A program made the position numbers and the translations under genes. From the NCBI GenBank assembly GCA_036399335.1, contig DASWNF010000010.1:4066-68065 (forward strand): a DNA stretch of 64,000 nucleotides, in the 5' to 3' direction. Below are positions 38,027 to 47,568 of the stretch, in pieces (the stretch's first letter is position 1; every line of letters starts with the position of its first letter). Below the pieces are notes generated by a model. That model was not told the origin of the DNA. It was given only the letters and a program-made list of their open reading frames with translations, and made no database searches. This stretch comes from Minisyncoccota bacterium. GTDB taxonomy: Bacteria; Patescibacteriota; Minisyncoccia; Phycocordibacterales; Phycocordibacteraceae.

Positions 38027-40840
38027 ATGGCAACGAGCGAACCCTTCGAGAAAGCCTATGCCGGCCTTAACGCCGCGCAGAAGAAGGCCGTAGACGCCGT
38101 CGAGGGACCGGTGATGGTCATTGCAGGTCCCGGGACGGGGAAGACGCACATCCTCACGCTCCGCATCGCAAACATCCTCCGCCAGACCCAAGCAGGCCCC
38201 GAGAATATCCTCGCGCTTACGTTCACGGAGTCGGCGGCACGCACGGTGCGCAAGCGCCTCGGGCACTTCGTCGGCGACCAGGTCGCGCGCGACATTTTCA
38301 TATCGACCTTCCACGGCTTTGCCGAACATCTCCTTTCGCAGTACCCGGACTCCTTCAAGGAGGCGCGCGGAAAGCGCCTTGCGGGCGACGTCGAGATAGC
38401 ACTCCTCTGGCGCGAGGTGCTTGAGACCGAAGACTTGGTGGCACTCCGGACGACGAAGTCGCCGTACTTCTACCTTCCTGACCTCGCGCGCCTCAGGGAC
38501 GACCTCGTGCGCGAACGCATATCGCTTGATGACTACCGCGCATGGGGCGAGGCCGAGGCTGCGCGGCTGCGCACGGACGAATCACTCTTGTATGTGCGCG
38601 GCGAGAAGAAAGGCGAGTTAAAGCCCGAAGGACAGCGGAAGCTCGAACGGTTCGAGAAAGTGCATGAGGCCGCACGGCTCATCGAGGCGTACGAGGCGCT
38701 GAAGGAGAAGCGCGACGTCTACGACTTCGCCGACGTGCTCCGCATCGCCGTCGACGGGCTGAAGGAAGACGCGGCGCTCCGGGCAGACGTCCAGGAGCGT
38801 TACCAGTACGTGCTCGCCGACGAGCACCAGGACGCAAACGCCCTCCAGCATGCCTTCCTCGATACGCTCGCGTACGATGAGCACCCGAACCTCTTTGTCG
38901 TGGGCGACGAAAAGCAGGCCATATACCGCTTCCAGGGCGCTGACAGTTCGCACTTCCGCACCTTTACCGAAACATACCCGCGCACCGAGACCATCGTCCT
39001 CACGGATAGCTACCGCTCCCTCCCGGGCATCCTCGACGTGTGCCACGGCCTCACGCCGGGCATCACTGCCTCCCAGGGGGAGCATCTCCCGCTCTCGAGC
39101 GTCCGCGAAGGCTCAGCGAACCTCGGACTCCTCGTGGCATCCGACCCGCTCGCCGAGCGCGACCTCGTCGCGGGGCTCGTGGAGGAATCGATAGCCGAAG
39201 GGATAGAGCCGCATGAGATAGCTATCATCGCGAGCCGGAACGCGACCGCCGACCTCTTCGCGGAGCACCTTGCCGCGCGCGGCGTGCCCGTGCTGCGCGC
39301 AGGCGACGTGAAGCTTTCCTCGCGTCCGTTCGTTCGCTCCGTCCTCGCGCTCATGCGTACGGTCGCCGACCCGGCCGACCGTTCCGCGCTCCGCGAAGCC
39401 TTGCTTGCGCCTTGGTGGCCTATCCCGCTCGCCGAGCGCGCACTCCTCTTGCTCCGGAACCGCGACCGCGAGCTCTGGGACGGGCTTCGAGGCACGTATC
39501 CGGACATCGCCGGCATCATGGCAGGACTCCAGCAGGACGCGCTTGGCCTCGCGCCCCTCGCGCTCCTTTCGAAACTCCTCGCCGACTCGGGCGCGCGTGG
39601 GTATGCGCTTTCGCACGGCGAGCATCTTACGGACATTGCGCTCCTGCGCAAGCTTTTCATGCATGTCGAAGAACTGGTCGCGCGTGATCCGGATCGCTCC
39701 TTTGCCGATATCGTTTCGGCCCTTACGCGGGCGCACGAGCACGGCCTTGAGAGCGTAAAGACCTCGGCTACACTCGAGGAAGGGAAGGTGACCGTCATTA
39801 CGGCGCATAAGGCGAAGGGCATGGAATTCAAGAAGGTTTTCGTCGTCGGGCTTACGGCGCGTGCGTGGGAGAAGGGTGGCCTGCCTGCAAAGATCCCATC
39901 GCCCGTTGACCAGACTCGTTCGCTCGAGGACATCACCAAACTCTTCTATGTGGCCCTCTCACGCGCAAAGGACTCCCTCGTCCTGTCGTACCCTGCCGAG
40001 ACGGGTGAGGGCCGCGAGACCCCGCCTTCCGCGCTCATACCGGACGGCATAGGCGTCATTGAGGCGGTGGCCGACCCGTTGCCGCTCCTCCATGAGGTGA
40101 TCGATGCGCCGAAGGCCGTGAACGACCTCGTACGACGGTATCTTACCGAAGACGGCCTCTCACCGTCGGCGCTTAACGAATATCTCGACTCGCCCCCCAC
40201 CTTCTTTGCGCGCCGCGTCCTGCGCCTCCATGAGCCGGAATCACCGGCAACGGCCATAGGTTCGGCCGTGCACGCGGGCATTGCCGCCTACCTTGAGTCG
40301 AAGGACGTAGAAAACGCACACCTCACCCTCGACCGCTTCCTTAAGGGATCGCTCCTCCAGCGCAATGCGGCGTATGACCGCGTTGTCGAGCACGCGCGCG
40401 AGAGCCTTGTGCGGTACCTTGAGACGCCAAAGCCTTTAGCCGAGTCCCTCGCTATTGAGAAGGCGTATACGACGAAGCGCAGCGCCGAGGACACGGAAGT
40501 GCTCCTCTACGGCAAGCTCGACGCCCTCTTCGCTACGGAGGACGGTGAATGTATAGTTGACTTTAAGACGAGCCGGGAAGTGCAAACGAAGGACGAGAAG
40601 CATATGCGCCAGCTGGCCTTCTATGACTTCCTGCTTCGCGAAAACGGCCATGCGCCGATGCTCGCATCGATCGTGCAGGTCGGGCCCGAGGAGGTGAACG
40701 TATATCCCGTACCGCTTACGGACGAGACCCGCGCGGAACTTAAAAGTACTCTCGATACGGTGCTCACGGAGCTTTTGACGGGAAAGTGGCGAGCGGGCGA
40801 GGCGTCGGAGTACGACGAGCTCCTAGAACTTTTCAGATAG
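38027..40840 (+). CDS. UvrD/PcrA-family SF1 helicase with a C-terminal PD-(D/E)xK (RecB/AddA-like) nuclease domain
   Basis: Walker A VIAGPGTGKTH, Walker B YVLADEHQDAN, motif III VVGDEKQAIYRFQGA; C-terminal GKLDALFATEDGECIVDFKTS nuclease motif; 937 aa. Confidence 0.8.
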   Translation: MATSEPFEKAYAGLNAAQKKAVDAVEGPVMVIAGPGTGKTHILTLRIANILRQTQAGPENILALTFTESAARTVRKRLGHFVGDQVARDIFISTFHGFAEHLLSQYPDSFKEARGKRLAGDVEIALLWREVLETEDLVALRTTKSPYFYLPDLARLRDDLVRERISLDDYRAWGEAEAARLRTDESLLYVRGEKKGELKPEGQRKLERFEKVHEAARLIEAYEALKEKRDVYDFADVLRIAVDGLKEDAALRADVQERYQYVLADEHQDANALQHAFLDTLAYDEHPNLFVVGDEKQAIYRFQGADSSHFRTFTETYPRTETIVLTDSYRSLPGILDVCHGLTPGITASQGEHLPLSSVREGSANLGLLVASDPLAERDLVAGLVEESIAEGIEPHEIAIIASRNATADLFAEHLAARGVPVLRAGDVKLSSRPFVRSVLALMRTVADPADRSALREALLAPWWPIPLAERALLLLRNRDRELWDGLRGTYPDIAGIMAGLQQDALGLAPLALLSKLLADSGARGYALSHGEHLTDIALLRKLFMHVEELVARDPDRSFADIVSALTRAHEHGLESVKTSATLEEGKVTVITAHKAKGMEFKKVFVVGLTARAWEKGGLPAKIPSPVDQTRSLEDITKLFYVALSRAKDSLVLSYPAETGEGRETPPSALIPDGIGVIEAVADPLPLLHEVIDAPKAVNDLVRRYLTEDGLSPSALNEYLDSPPTFFARRVLRLHEPESPATAIGSAVHAGIAAYLESKDVENAHLTLDRFLKGSLLQRNAAYDRVVEHARESLVRYLETPKPLAESLAIEKAYTTKRSAEDTEVLLYGKLDALFATEDGECIVDFKTSREVQTKDEKHMRQLAFYDFLLRENGHAPMLASIVQVGPEEVNVYPVPLTDETRAELKSTLDTVLTELLTGKWRAGEASEYDELLELFR

Positions 40841-40849
40841 CAGGGCATA

Positions 40850-40886
40850 AGAAAAACCCCGGGGCAGATGCCCCGGGGTTTTTCTT
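40850..40886. terminator. Bidirectional rho-independent terminator
   Basis: AAAAACCCCGGGGC-agat-GCCCCGGGGTTTTTCTTAT. Confidence 0.75.
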
Positions 40887-40889
40887 ATG

Positions 40890-41024
40890 CTACTGGGCGT
40901 CGCGGTCCTGCTTCTTCAGTTCGGCCATCTGCTCAACGCTTTCTGCCGTATGGATGACGCCGTGCGAATCCTCCCAACGAAGGGGGCCGCTGTTTTGGCT
41001 AATGTTCTGAAATTTCTCGCTCAT
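40890..41024 (-). CDS. Possible 44-aa small protein
   Basis: ATG..TAG frame giving MSEKFQNISQNSGPLRWEDSHGVIHTAESVEQMAELKKQDRDAQ; no clear SD; below the ORF-track size cutoff. Confidence 0.2.
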   Translation of the reverse strand: MSEKFQNISQNSGPLRWEDSHGVIHTAESVEQMAELKKQDRDAQ

Positions 41025-41076
41025 AGGAATCAGCTATTTGTAACGTGCCCTAAGTGTCCCACTGTGGGGAGGGAAG

Positions 41077-41781
41077 TCAAGCACCGGCTTTGCGGATAGA
41101 TTCCTCGATAATGCGCTTCATGGCCTCGTACGGTACGGCGCCGTCTATGGTGACGGGCGGGCGGCCCTTGATGAGAATGACTGCAAACGGACTTCCGTCG
41201 GCGCCCGACTGGACCCCGTTCTCGAAGTCATCCATCACCCGCTCGGCGAAGGTGCTGTCCGTGAGGCAGTCGGTGACGGTTTCAGCTCGAAGGCCGAGGC
41301 CTTCGACGATGCCGGGATATTCGCTCGGGTCGAGCTGGTTCGTGCTCGGCGCGCGCGCGTGGACAGCATCGATGAAGCGCCAGAAGAGGGGCTCGCCGCC
41401 GATAGAGGCGACGCATTCGGCAGCTTCGGCGTGGCGGCGCGAGTTGGGGAACTGGTCGAGAAGGGGGAGGTGACGGTACACCCAGGCGACCTTGCCGCCC
41501 GCGGCGTACTCGGCCATGAGCTGCTGCATCGTGGCTTGGAAGCTCTTGGTGTACCCGGAGTCGATGTCAGCGTATTCAATGATGACGACGGGCGCACCGG
41601 GGTTCCCGATGATGTGGTCGTCCTCACCGATGGGGCGCACGAGCGAAACGTCGCCGCCCGTCGGAAGGGCCACTTCCTTGCTCCTGATGGCATAGGTCGC
41701 GAGCGCGAGTATGATGCCGGCGACGATGATGGCGCCGGGTACGAGCCAGCTGTCGCGGTGCCTGTCCTGTATCTCATCCAT
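41077..41781 (-). CDS. Membrane-anchored DsbA-like thioredoxin-fold protein lacking the CxxC active site
   Basis: N-terminal TM helix; DsbA-like fold (VVIIEYADIDSGYTKSF where CPHC is expected; SPFAVI..G); the only cysteines are in AAECVAS and VTDCLTD. Confidence 0.5.
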   Translation of the reverse strand: MDEIQDRHRDSWLVPGAIIVAGIILALATYAIRSKEVALPTGGDVSLVRPIGEDDHIIGNPGAPVVIIEYADIDSGYTKSFQATMQQLMAEYAAGGKVAWVYRHLPLLDQFPNSRRHAEAAECVASIGGEPLFWRFIDAVHARAPSTNQLDPSEYPGIVEGLGLRAETVTDCLTDSTFAERVMDDFENGVQSGADGSPFAVILIKGRPPVTIDGAVPYEAMKRIIEESIRKAGA

Positions 41782-41851
41782 AGGAAAAGGATAGCATGGC
41801 AAAGGGCATGGCCGCGGGGGTACCGCGGCCATGTAATTACGCCCATGCTGC

Positions 41852-42370
41852 TTAGAGCGTCATCCGCCCGTCTTCGATGAAGGCGAGGAAGTACGTCCCG
41901 CTCGGCAAATCGGCAGTGACGGCCGACTCGACGGTGATGATTTTCCCGTCCCCGTTCACCAGCTTCGGGAAGGTGCCTTCGTCGGTGAGCTCGTGCCCCC
42001 GTTCGAGGTAGAGGGCGGCGAGCGAGAGCGCGAGGACCGGTGCCCTCACCTGGCTTCCGGTCATTTGCTTGCGGTACCGTTCGAGGTCCATGCGGTCGGC
42101 GTGGACGTATCCCGCGCGCCCGATAACCCGGATGGCCCATGAGGCGCGGACCGGGTAATCGAAGTGAACGAGGACGCCTTGCTTGGTTGCCGGACGGCGG
42201 GAGCGGGCGATGTCGCCATCCCAGAGCTCGAGGGAGCTGTGCAGGGAATTCCCCTGAGTGACCTCGAACGGTTCGGACACGTGCATGCCCATGAAGACCG
42301 TTTCCGCCTGGAGCGACGAAGTCGAGACGAAGAGCAGTAGAAAAAGTGCGAGAGCCCGTATCAGCTTCAT
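41852..42370 (-). CDS. Secreted hypothetical protein
   Basis: Strong AGGAGG SD; signal peptide MKLIRALALFLLLFVSTSSLQA. Confidence 0.55.
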   Translation of the reverse strand: MKLIRALALFLLLFVSTSSLQAETVFMGMHVSEPFEVTQGNSLHSSLELWDGDIARSRRPATKQGVLVHFDYPVRASWAIRVIGRAGYVHADRMDLERYRKQMTGSQVRAPVLALSLAALYLERGHELTDEGTFPKLVNGDGKIITVESAVTADLPSGTYFLAFIEDGRMTL

Positions 42371-42440
42371 AGCATCCTCCTGTTTCCTCCTTCCTTATAC
42401 ACCCAGGAGGGCAGCGCACAAGGTGCTATGAACAGGGAGC

Positions 42441-43019
42441 CTAGAAAGGCAGGGTGTGCGTCATTGCTGCACCCTCGACATCTTCGAGCCAATGCTTGGT
42501 ATCGAGCTTGATGTCCCGCTTCTCTTTCAGGTCCTTATATTTAAGTACGTTGTGCTTGAGGGCGTAGTCGAAGAGCTCGCGGGTAATGCGCACGTCCTCG
42601 ATGCAGTACTCGCGGACCTTGTCGTGGAGGCCCTGGTCCCACCACTCGATGGCCTTGAGCCCGTCACCTGACTTCCCGCGTCCGAGCGTCGCTTCGGCGA
42701 GCGACTGGAGGCGAAGTCTGCGGCCGAGCACCTTCTGGACTTCGACCATGAGGTCGATCGAGCGGATGCGCGTGAGGTCGCCCGGGTAGTAGCGGTTCAA
42801 GATGGGGATGTCGAAGGAGTCCGAGTTGTATCCGATGAGCACGTCGGCGCGTTCGAGTATGGGCCAGAGCGTGCCGAGTTCCTCTTTAACGTATGAGGCA
42901 TAGGTGTCCGTCTCGGAGTCGTGCACGCCGACCACCGTCAGTTCCATGACCGAAGAGTCAAGGCGTCCCAGGCTGCCGAAGGGCGAGCGGGTTTCAATAT
43001 CAAACGTAATGGCACGCAT
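42441..43019 (-). CDS. DEDD-family 3'-5' exonuclease (oligoribonuclease/RNase T/epsilon-like)
   Basis: FDIETRS (Exo I), YNSDSFDIPIL (Exo II), YCIEDVRITRELFDY (Exo III, DEDDy/h). Confidence 0.7.
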   Translation of the reverse strand: MRAITFDIETRSPFGSLGRLDSSVMELTVVGVHDSETDTYASYVKEELGTLWPILERADVLIGYNSDSFDIPILNRYYPGDLTRIRSIDLMVEVQKVLGRRLRLQSLAEATLGRGKSGDGLKAIEWWDQGLHDKVREYCIEDVRITRELFDYALKHNVLKYKDLKEKRDIKLDTKHWLEDVEGAAMTHTLPF

Positions 43020-43031
43020 ACGGAAACAGGG

Positions 43032-44306
43032 TTAGGCGATTTCTCCCGTACCACTCAGGTGTGCGGCAATCTCCGTAAGCGCGACCTCGCTCACGCTCCC
43101 CGTTGCGAGCGTCTTCACCTTCAGTATTCCCGATCCGGCTTCTTCGGCGCCGTAGGCGACGAAGTGCGGGATGCGGCGGCGGTCGGCATCCTTCACCTGG
43201 TCGCCAAGCGGCTTCTGGGTGAGGTTCACGAAGACGCGTACGCCGCGCGTGCGGAGGTCGCGCGCGAAGAGCTGCGCGGCCGGTACGTCCTCGGGCGTCG
43301 GCGTGCCGACATAGAGCGTAGGGGCATGCGACCGTCGCGGCATGAGCGCGTGGGTCTCGAGGAAGTCCATAAGGGTGACGTCCCCCATGCCAAAGCCGAT
43401 GGCTGGGATAGGGTCGCCGCCGAAGGCGGCGACCAGGCCGTCGTACCGTCCGCCCCCGAAGAGCGCTCGCGTATTCTCAGAGGACGCATCGTATACCTCG
43501 AATATGGTGCCCGTGTAGTAATCAAAGCCGCGGGTAATGGTCGGGTCGAAGACGACGTTCGGCACGCCGCGCGCTTCAAGCGCCTTAATCATGCCCGTAA
43601 CGGCAGCGAGCGGCTCGGCAACAGAGGCGTCTTCTTTCTCAATGAGCGTAAGCGGGTTGTTGGGGGTGATGGCCGCTGCCTTTTCCGTAAACGTCACCTC
43701 GTCCATCTTGTCCTTCTTATCAAGCAGGCGGAGGTAGTTCCGCGATTGCTCCGTATCAAGCCCGGATGCCTTGCACGCCGCATCAAGGAGCCTCCTCGAG
43801 TTAAGGCGGATGGTGAAGTGTTCGGGCGAAGCGCCGAAGGCCTTGAGGACGCTCGAGGCGATATGTACGATCTCGATGTCCGCTTCACCCTCGGGAAGCC
43901 CGACGAGGTCGACATTCAGCTGGTAGTGCTCGCGCAGGCGCCCGCGCTGGGGGCGCTCATAGCGGAAGGCGTTCGGGATGGAGAACCAGCGGAGCGGAAG
44001 GGTCAGCTCGCGCCGCTTTGCGGCCACCATGCGCGCCAAGGTAGGCGTCATCTCGGGGCGGAGCGTCACGCGGCGCCCGCCGCGGTCCTCAAAGGTGTAC
44101 GTCTGCTCGTTTACGATTTCCTCGGACGTCTTGCTCTCGTAGAGTTCGGCGCGCTCAAGCGGGGAGGCGGCATATTCTTCATACCCCCAGAGCGCGAGGC
44201 GCTCACGGATAATTTCAAACGCGTTCGTAAGTGTCGCCCAGTCTTCGGGATAGAAGTCCCGGACGCCCTTATACGGATCGGTCGAAAGGGGCTCTCGCTC
44301 AGTCAT
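43032..44306 (-). CDS. hisS: Histidyl-tRNA synthetase
   Basis: Class II aaRS motifs and HisRS-specific regions (LRPEMTPTLARMV, FRYERPQRGRLREHYQ, GGGRYDGL); C-terminal anticodon-binding domain. Confidence 0.9.
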   Translation of the reverse strand: MTEREPLSTDPYKGVRDFYPEDWATLTNAFEIIRERLALWGYEEYAASPLERAELYESKTSEEIVNEQTYTFEDRGGRRVTLRPEMTPTLARMVAAKRRELTLPLRWFSIPNAFRYERPQRGRLREHYQLNVDLVGLPEGEADIEIVHIASSVLKAFGASPEHFTIRLNSRRLLDAACKASGLDTEQSRNYLRLLDKKDKMDEVTFTEKAAAITPNNPLTLIEKEDASVAEPLAAVTGMIKALEARGVPNVVFDPTITRGFDYYTGTIFEVYDASSENTRALFGGGRYDGLVAAFGGDPIPAIGFGMGDVTLMDFLETHALMPRRSHAPTLYVGTPTPEDVPAAQLFARDLRTRGVRVFVNLTQKPLGDQVKDADRRRIPHFVAYGAEEAGSGILKVKTLATGSVSEVALTEIAAHLSGTGEIA

Positions 44307-44332
44307 GTGGCTAGTGTAGCAGATTGCCGTCC

Positions 44333-44617
44333 TTAGCCCCTAAACGGCAAGAAGGTGTAGGCAAGAAGTAGGATCGGGAGCACGAGCGGTGCGAGTGCCC
44401 AGGTAAAGGACTTCTTCTTATGCGCGAGTACGATGGCCACAATGGTGAGAACGGGGTACAGGAGGGCGACACCCAGCAGTGCAAGCGTTACGGTCGTCGC
44501 CATCGGCGTGCCGCTGTCGCTGCCAAGCGCCCCGAAGATAAACATGAAAAACGCGAAGACGAGCGACAGCACGAACGAAGCGATGCTTGCAAGGATGAGG
44601 AGGATGCGATTGGTCAT
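44333..44617 (-). CDS. Small membrane protein (hypothetical)
   Basis: 94 aa, 3 TM helices. Confidence 0.45.
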   Translation of the reverse strand: MTNRILLILASIASFVLSLVFAFFMFIFGALGSDSGTPMATTVTLALLGVALLYPVLTIVAIVLAHKKKSFTWALAPLVLPILLLAYTFLPFRG

Positions 44618-44628
44618 GTGGGTAGGGA

Positions 44629-45189
44629 TTAGATGCCGGTCTTAACCGGCTCGTCGTTCTCGTCCGCGTGGAGCGCGGCGACTTCGCGCATGATGAGGTC
44701 GCGGATAAATTCGGGGAAGCGTATGCCGCGCATGCAGAACGTATCATGGGAGCCGGCAGTCTCGACGTTTATGTTCCCGAAGCCGATGAGGGTGGCGAAG
44801 ATACCGTGCACGTCCGTCGTCACGTCCTGTACGCGGATAAGGAGGAAGCTCGACACCCGACGCCTAAAGAAGCCTATCTGCTTGATGTCGACGATGCGGT
44901 GCGAGGTAATGACCCAGACTGTGAGGAAGTATTTGGTAACGATATGGAAGATGGCCATCCAAAGGAACAGCCACCACAGCCCGAGGAAAAAGCGCGCGCT
45001 TGAGGACGTTTCGGCAAGCGGGAGGGAGTCAGCGGCTCCTGTCGACATGAGTGCGGTAAATACGGGTGCGAGCACGAAAGGGGCGAGCGCGAGGAGGAGG
45101 TACGGCACAAGGCGCAGGAACAGCACAAAGAGGTGCTGTCGCACCTGGGTGATGATGTGCTCGCCGGGTTCGAGTTCGAATTCTTCCAT
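44629..45189 (-). CDS. Membrane protein with a bacterial PH (bPH_2/YdbS-like) domain
   Basis: Two N-terminal TM helices followed by ITSHRIVDIK...TDVHGIFATLIGFGNINVETAG, typical of bPH_2. Confidence 0.55.
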   Translation of the reverse strand: MEEFELEPGEHIITQVRQHLFVLFLRLVPYLLLALAPFVLAPVFTALMSTGAADSLPLAETSSSARFFLGLWWLFLWMAIFHIVTKYFLTVWVITSHRIVDIKQIGFFRRRVSSFLLIRVQDVTTDVHGIFATLIGFGNINVETAGSHDTFCMRGIRFPEFIRDLIMREVAALHADENDEPVKTGI

Positions 45190-45193
45190 ATGA

Positions 45194-45490
45194 TTATCGT
45201 AGCCCGGCGACGGTCACCAGCATAAGGAACCCGGATATAACGACGTGGGTAACGAAGAGCGGGATGGCAAGGAGGGAGCGGTGGCCGTAGCGGAACCAGT
45301 GGTACGCGGCAACGAGCGTATACGCGATCCAAAAGAAAAAGACGAGGGCGAATATCCCCGGAAGGACGTGCTCGACGCTCGGCAAGGCGCTTTGGACGGA
45401 AAGGCTTCCCGTACCCGTACCAGACGAAGAAGAGCCAAGCGTAAACCACTGGGGCGTCGGGAAGGGGTCAATCGGCCCAGGCTCATCCAT
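45194..45490 (-). CDS. Small membrane protein (hypothetical)
   Basis: 98 aa; Ser/Gly/Thr-rich N-terminus plus 2 TM helices. Confidence 0.4.
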   Translation of the reverse strand: MDEPGPIDPFPTPQWFTLGSSSSGTGTGSLSVQSALPSVEHVLPGIFALVFFFWIAYTLVAAYHWFRYGHRSLLAIPLFVTHVVISGFLMLVTVAGLR

Positions 45491-45492
45491 AC

Positions 45493-46260
45493 CTACCAGT
45501 ATGACACTACGAGACGGGGGCGACCATACTGGTCCGTGTGGAGTGCGGACTCTTTCGCGCCTGCCTCGCGGATAAGCGCGACGGCTTCTTCTGCATGGGC
45601 AATGTCACATTCGAGCCAGAGTTCGCCTGCAAGGCGAAGGTGCTTCGGCGCGTCTGTCGCAATCTGCCGGATGAGGCTCAGGCCGTCGGCTCCCGCGTAG
45701 AGCGCAACAGCGGGCTCGAAGCCGGTGACGCTTTCCGGAAGCACACGGCTCTCGGGCACGTACGGGGGGTTCGTCGCAATGGCATCAAAAGTCAGTCCGC
45801 TGAGCTGGGCGAAGAGGTCGCCCGTATGTATGCGCGCCCGAGACGCGTCGAGGCCGTTGCCTTCTACGTTCTTTCGCACAAGCGCAGCGTGCTCGGGGAT
45901 GAGTTCGGAGAAGTGGACTTCTGCGCGCGGGAACTTCGCAAGGACGCTGAGGCCGATGGCGCCGGATCCTGCGCACAAGTCGAGGAAGGTGAAGGGCGCG
46001 TCCTTAAAGCGAGCCGCGAGGTGTTCGATAAGATTTGCCGTCCACCATTCGGTCTCGGGACGGGGGATGAGAGGGCAGCTATCGAGTCCTATCTTAAGGC
46101 CGAGGAAGGGCACCCAGCCGATGACGTAAGCGAGAGGCTCGCCGGACGCTAGTCGCGCGATATCTCCTGTAAGGTCGGCACCCGGATTATCCCCGTATTT
46201 ATCGCGCCTAAGCGCACGGAGGTCTTCCGGGGTCGGGGGAGTTTCGTCTTCCGTGGACAT
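45493..46260 (-). CDS. prmC: Release factor glutamine methyltransferase (HemK/PrmC)
   Basis: DLCAGSGAIG (SAM motif I) and IATNPPYVPE (NPPY). Confidence 0.8.
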   Translation of the reverse strand: MSTEDETPPTPEDLRALRRDKYGDNPGADLTGDIARLASGEPLAYVIGWVPFLGLKIGLDSCPLIPRPETEWWTANLIEHLAARFKDAPFTFLDLCAGSGAIGLSVLAKFPRAEVHFSELIPEHAALVRKNVEGNGLDASRARIHTGDLFAQLSGLTFDAIATNPPYVPESRVLPESVTGFEPAVALYAGADGLSLIRQIATDAPKHLRLAGELWLECDIAHAEEAVALIREAGAKESALHTDQYGRPRLVVSYW

Positions 46261-46301
46261 ATGTGCGCCAGTGTACCAGCCATAAGGTACACTGTGGGCA
46301 T

Positions 46302-46760
46302 ATGCGTATTCATACCTGGAATGTAGTGTTCTCGCTCTTCTTTGCCGCCCTCGTTTTCTATGGCATCTGGTGGCTCGCCGCTTCGCAACTCTTCTTCGAG
46401 ATCCCGAACCGTGACCTCTTCCTTATTACGCTCGCCGTCTTCCGCCTCGTACGTCTCTTTACCTACGACGTCATCACGGCTTTCATACGCGAGTGGTTCG
46501 TCGAGTCGCAGCCTAACACCTTTGGTCACACGCTCGGAACGCTCCTCAACTGCCCGTGGTGCACCGGCCTCTGGTTCAGCTTCATCATCGTCTTCGCCTA
46601 CTTCGCGACGCCATTTGCGTGGCCCGTCATCCTCGTCCTTGCGGTCGCTGCGCTCGCATCCCTTGTGCAGGTCTTCGCGAACTTCATCGGATGGTCTGCC
46701 GAATTGAAGAAGCGTGAAGCACAGGGCACCGGTACGCACACGCATACGTGCGGGGGCTAG
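46302..46760 (+). CDS. DUF1360-family membrane protein
   Basis: GHTLGTLLNCPWCTGLWFSF (CPWC motif) and TM helices. Confidence 0.5.
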   Translation: MRIHTWNVVFSLFFAALVFYGIWWLAASQLFFEIPNRDLFLITLAVFRLVRLFTYDVITAFIREWFVESQPNTFGHTLGTLLNCPWCTGLWFSFIIVFAYFATPFAWPVILVLAVAALASLVQVFANFIGWSAELKKREAQGTGTHTHTCGG

Positions 46761-46871
46761 TCGCTCACCAGATCATCTAGACCGTATACGGGTCTCTGTA
46801 GCCGATTGATTTCCCTATAGATAGGTATACAGTCAATCCTGGACAATAACCCTAGCTCCAGGAGCCATGAC

Positions 46872-47429
46872 ATGGACCAGCTATCTCCAATTACGGGAGA
46901 GGACGCACAATCCGTCCCCTCCTGCTCCTTCTGCGGAAGGTCACGGCATGAGGTAAAGAAGATGGCCGCGGCCCCTAAGCCCGGCATCTTTATTTGCGAC
47001 CAATGCGCTGAGACGGCCCGCGAAATCTTCAGCGAGGACGGCGTTTCAGTGCAGGCGCTCGACGACTTCCACATAACGTTCCTTGAGGTCGTGGGGACGG
47101 AGAGCGGCTCGTGCTTCAGCTTCGGGACGGTTACGTTCCCCGAAATCAGCTGTGTCGTCTTCGACAGCCCGGTCATGTTCGGCAAGGTTACGCTGCAGGT
47201 GTTTCGGGGAGACCTGAGGTACCCCGAGCCCGACCGGCTGTTCTTCGAAGAATATGGGACGCACGGGGCGTCGACGGCCTTCTTCCAGCAGAAGTCGGAC
47301 TGGAACGAGGCGAAGTTCGTCGACCACCACCTCAAGGCCGAATTCTTCCAAGAAGGGGACCGGCTCGTCATCAGCGGACACCGTACCGCCCTTACCCAGG
47401 AGCGCGTGGAAACCTTCCAGAACCCGTAA
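46872..47429 (+). CDS. ClpX-type C4 zinc-finger domain protein (standalone zinc-binding domain fused to an unknown C-terminal domain)
   Basis: CSFCGRSRHEVKKMAAAPKPGIFICDQCAETAREIF closely matches the ClpX N-terminal zinc-binding domain ([27 protein letters not shown]), but there is no AAA+ module. Confidence 0.55.
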   Translation: MDQLSPITGEDAQSVPSCSFCGRSRHEVKKMAAAPKPGIFICDQCAETAREIFSEDGVSVQALDDFHITFLEVVGTESGSCFSFGTVTFPEISCVVFDSPVMFGKVTLQVFRGDLRYPEPDRLFFEEYGTHGASTAFFQQKSDWNEAKFVDHHLKAEFFQEGDRLVISGHRTALTQERVETFQNP

Positions 47430-47504
47430 CGCCTTCGCCGGCCGCCCAGTCTCACTTGGGCGGCCGGCTTTACGGATATAAAAGTTCTGCAGGAAGGATA
47501 AAGA

Positions 47505-47538
47505 AAAACACCCCGCCGAAGCGGGGTGTTTTTTTGAG
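47505..47538. terminator. Bidirectional rho-independent terminator
   Basis: AAAAACACCCCGC-cgaa-GCGGGGTGTTTTTTT; an additional GC hairpin at about 47433-47475. Confidence 0.75.
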
Positions 47539-47568
47539 GGAGCTAGGAAGCGAAGCTTGCTAGCTGCT

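Noticed and set aside
37715-38329. 204-aa minus-strand ORF overlapping the 5' end of the helicase gene
   Set aside because: It overlaps the well-supported UvrD-family helicase start region on the opposite strand. Only its 3' portion (the TM-containing peptide) looks real, and that is treated under the frameshift candidate.
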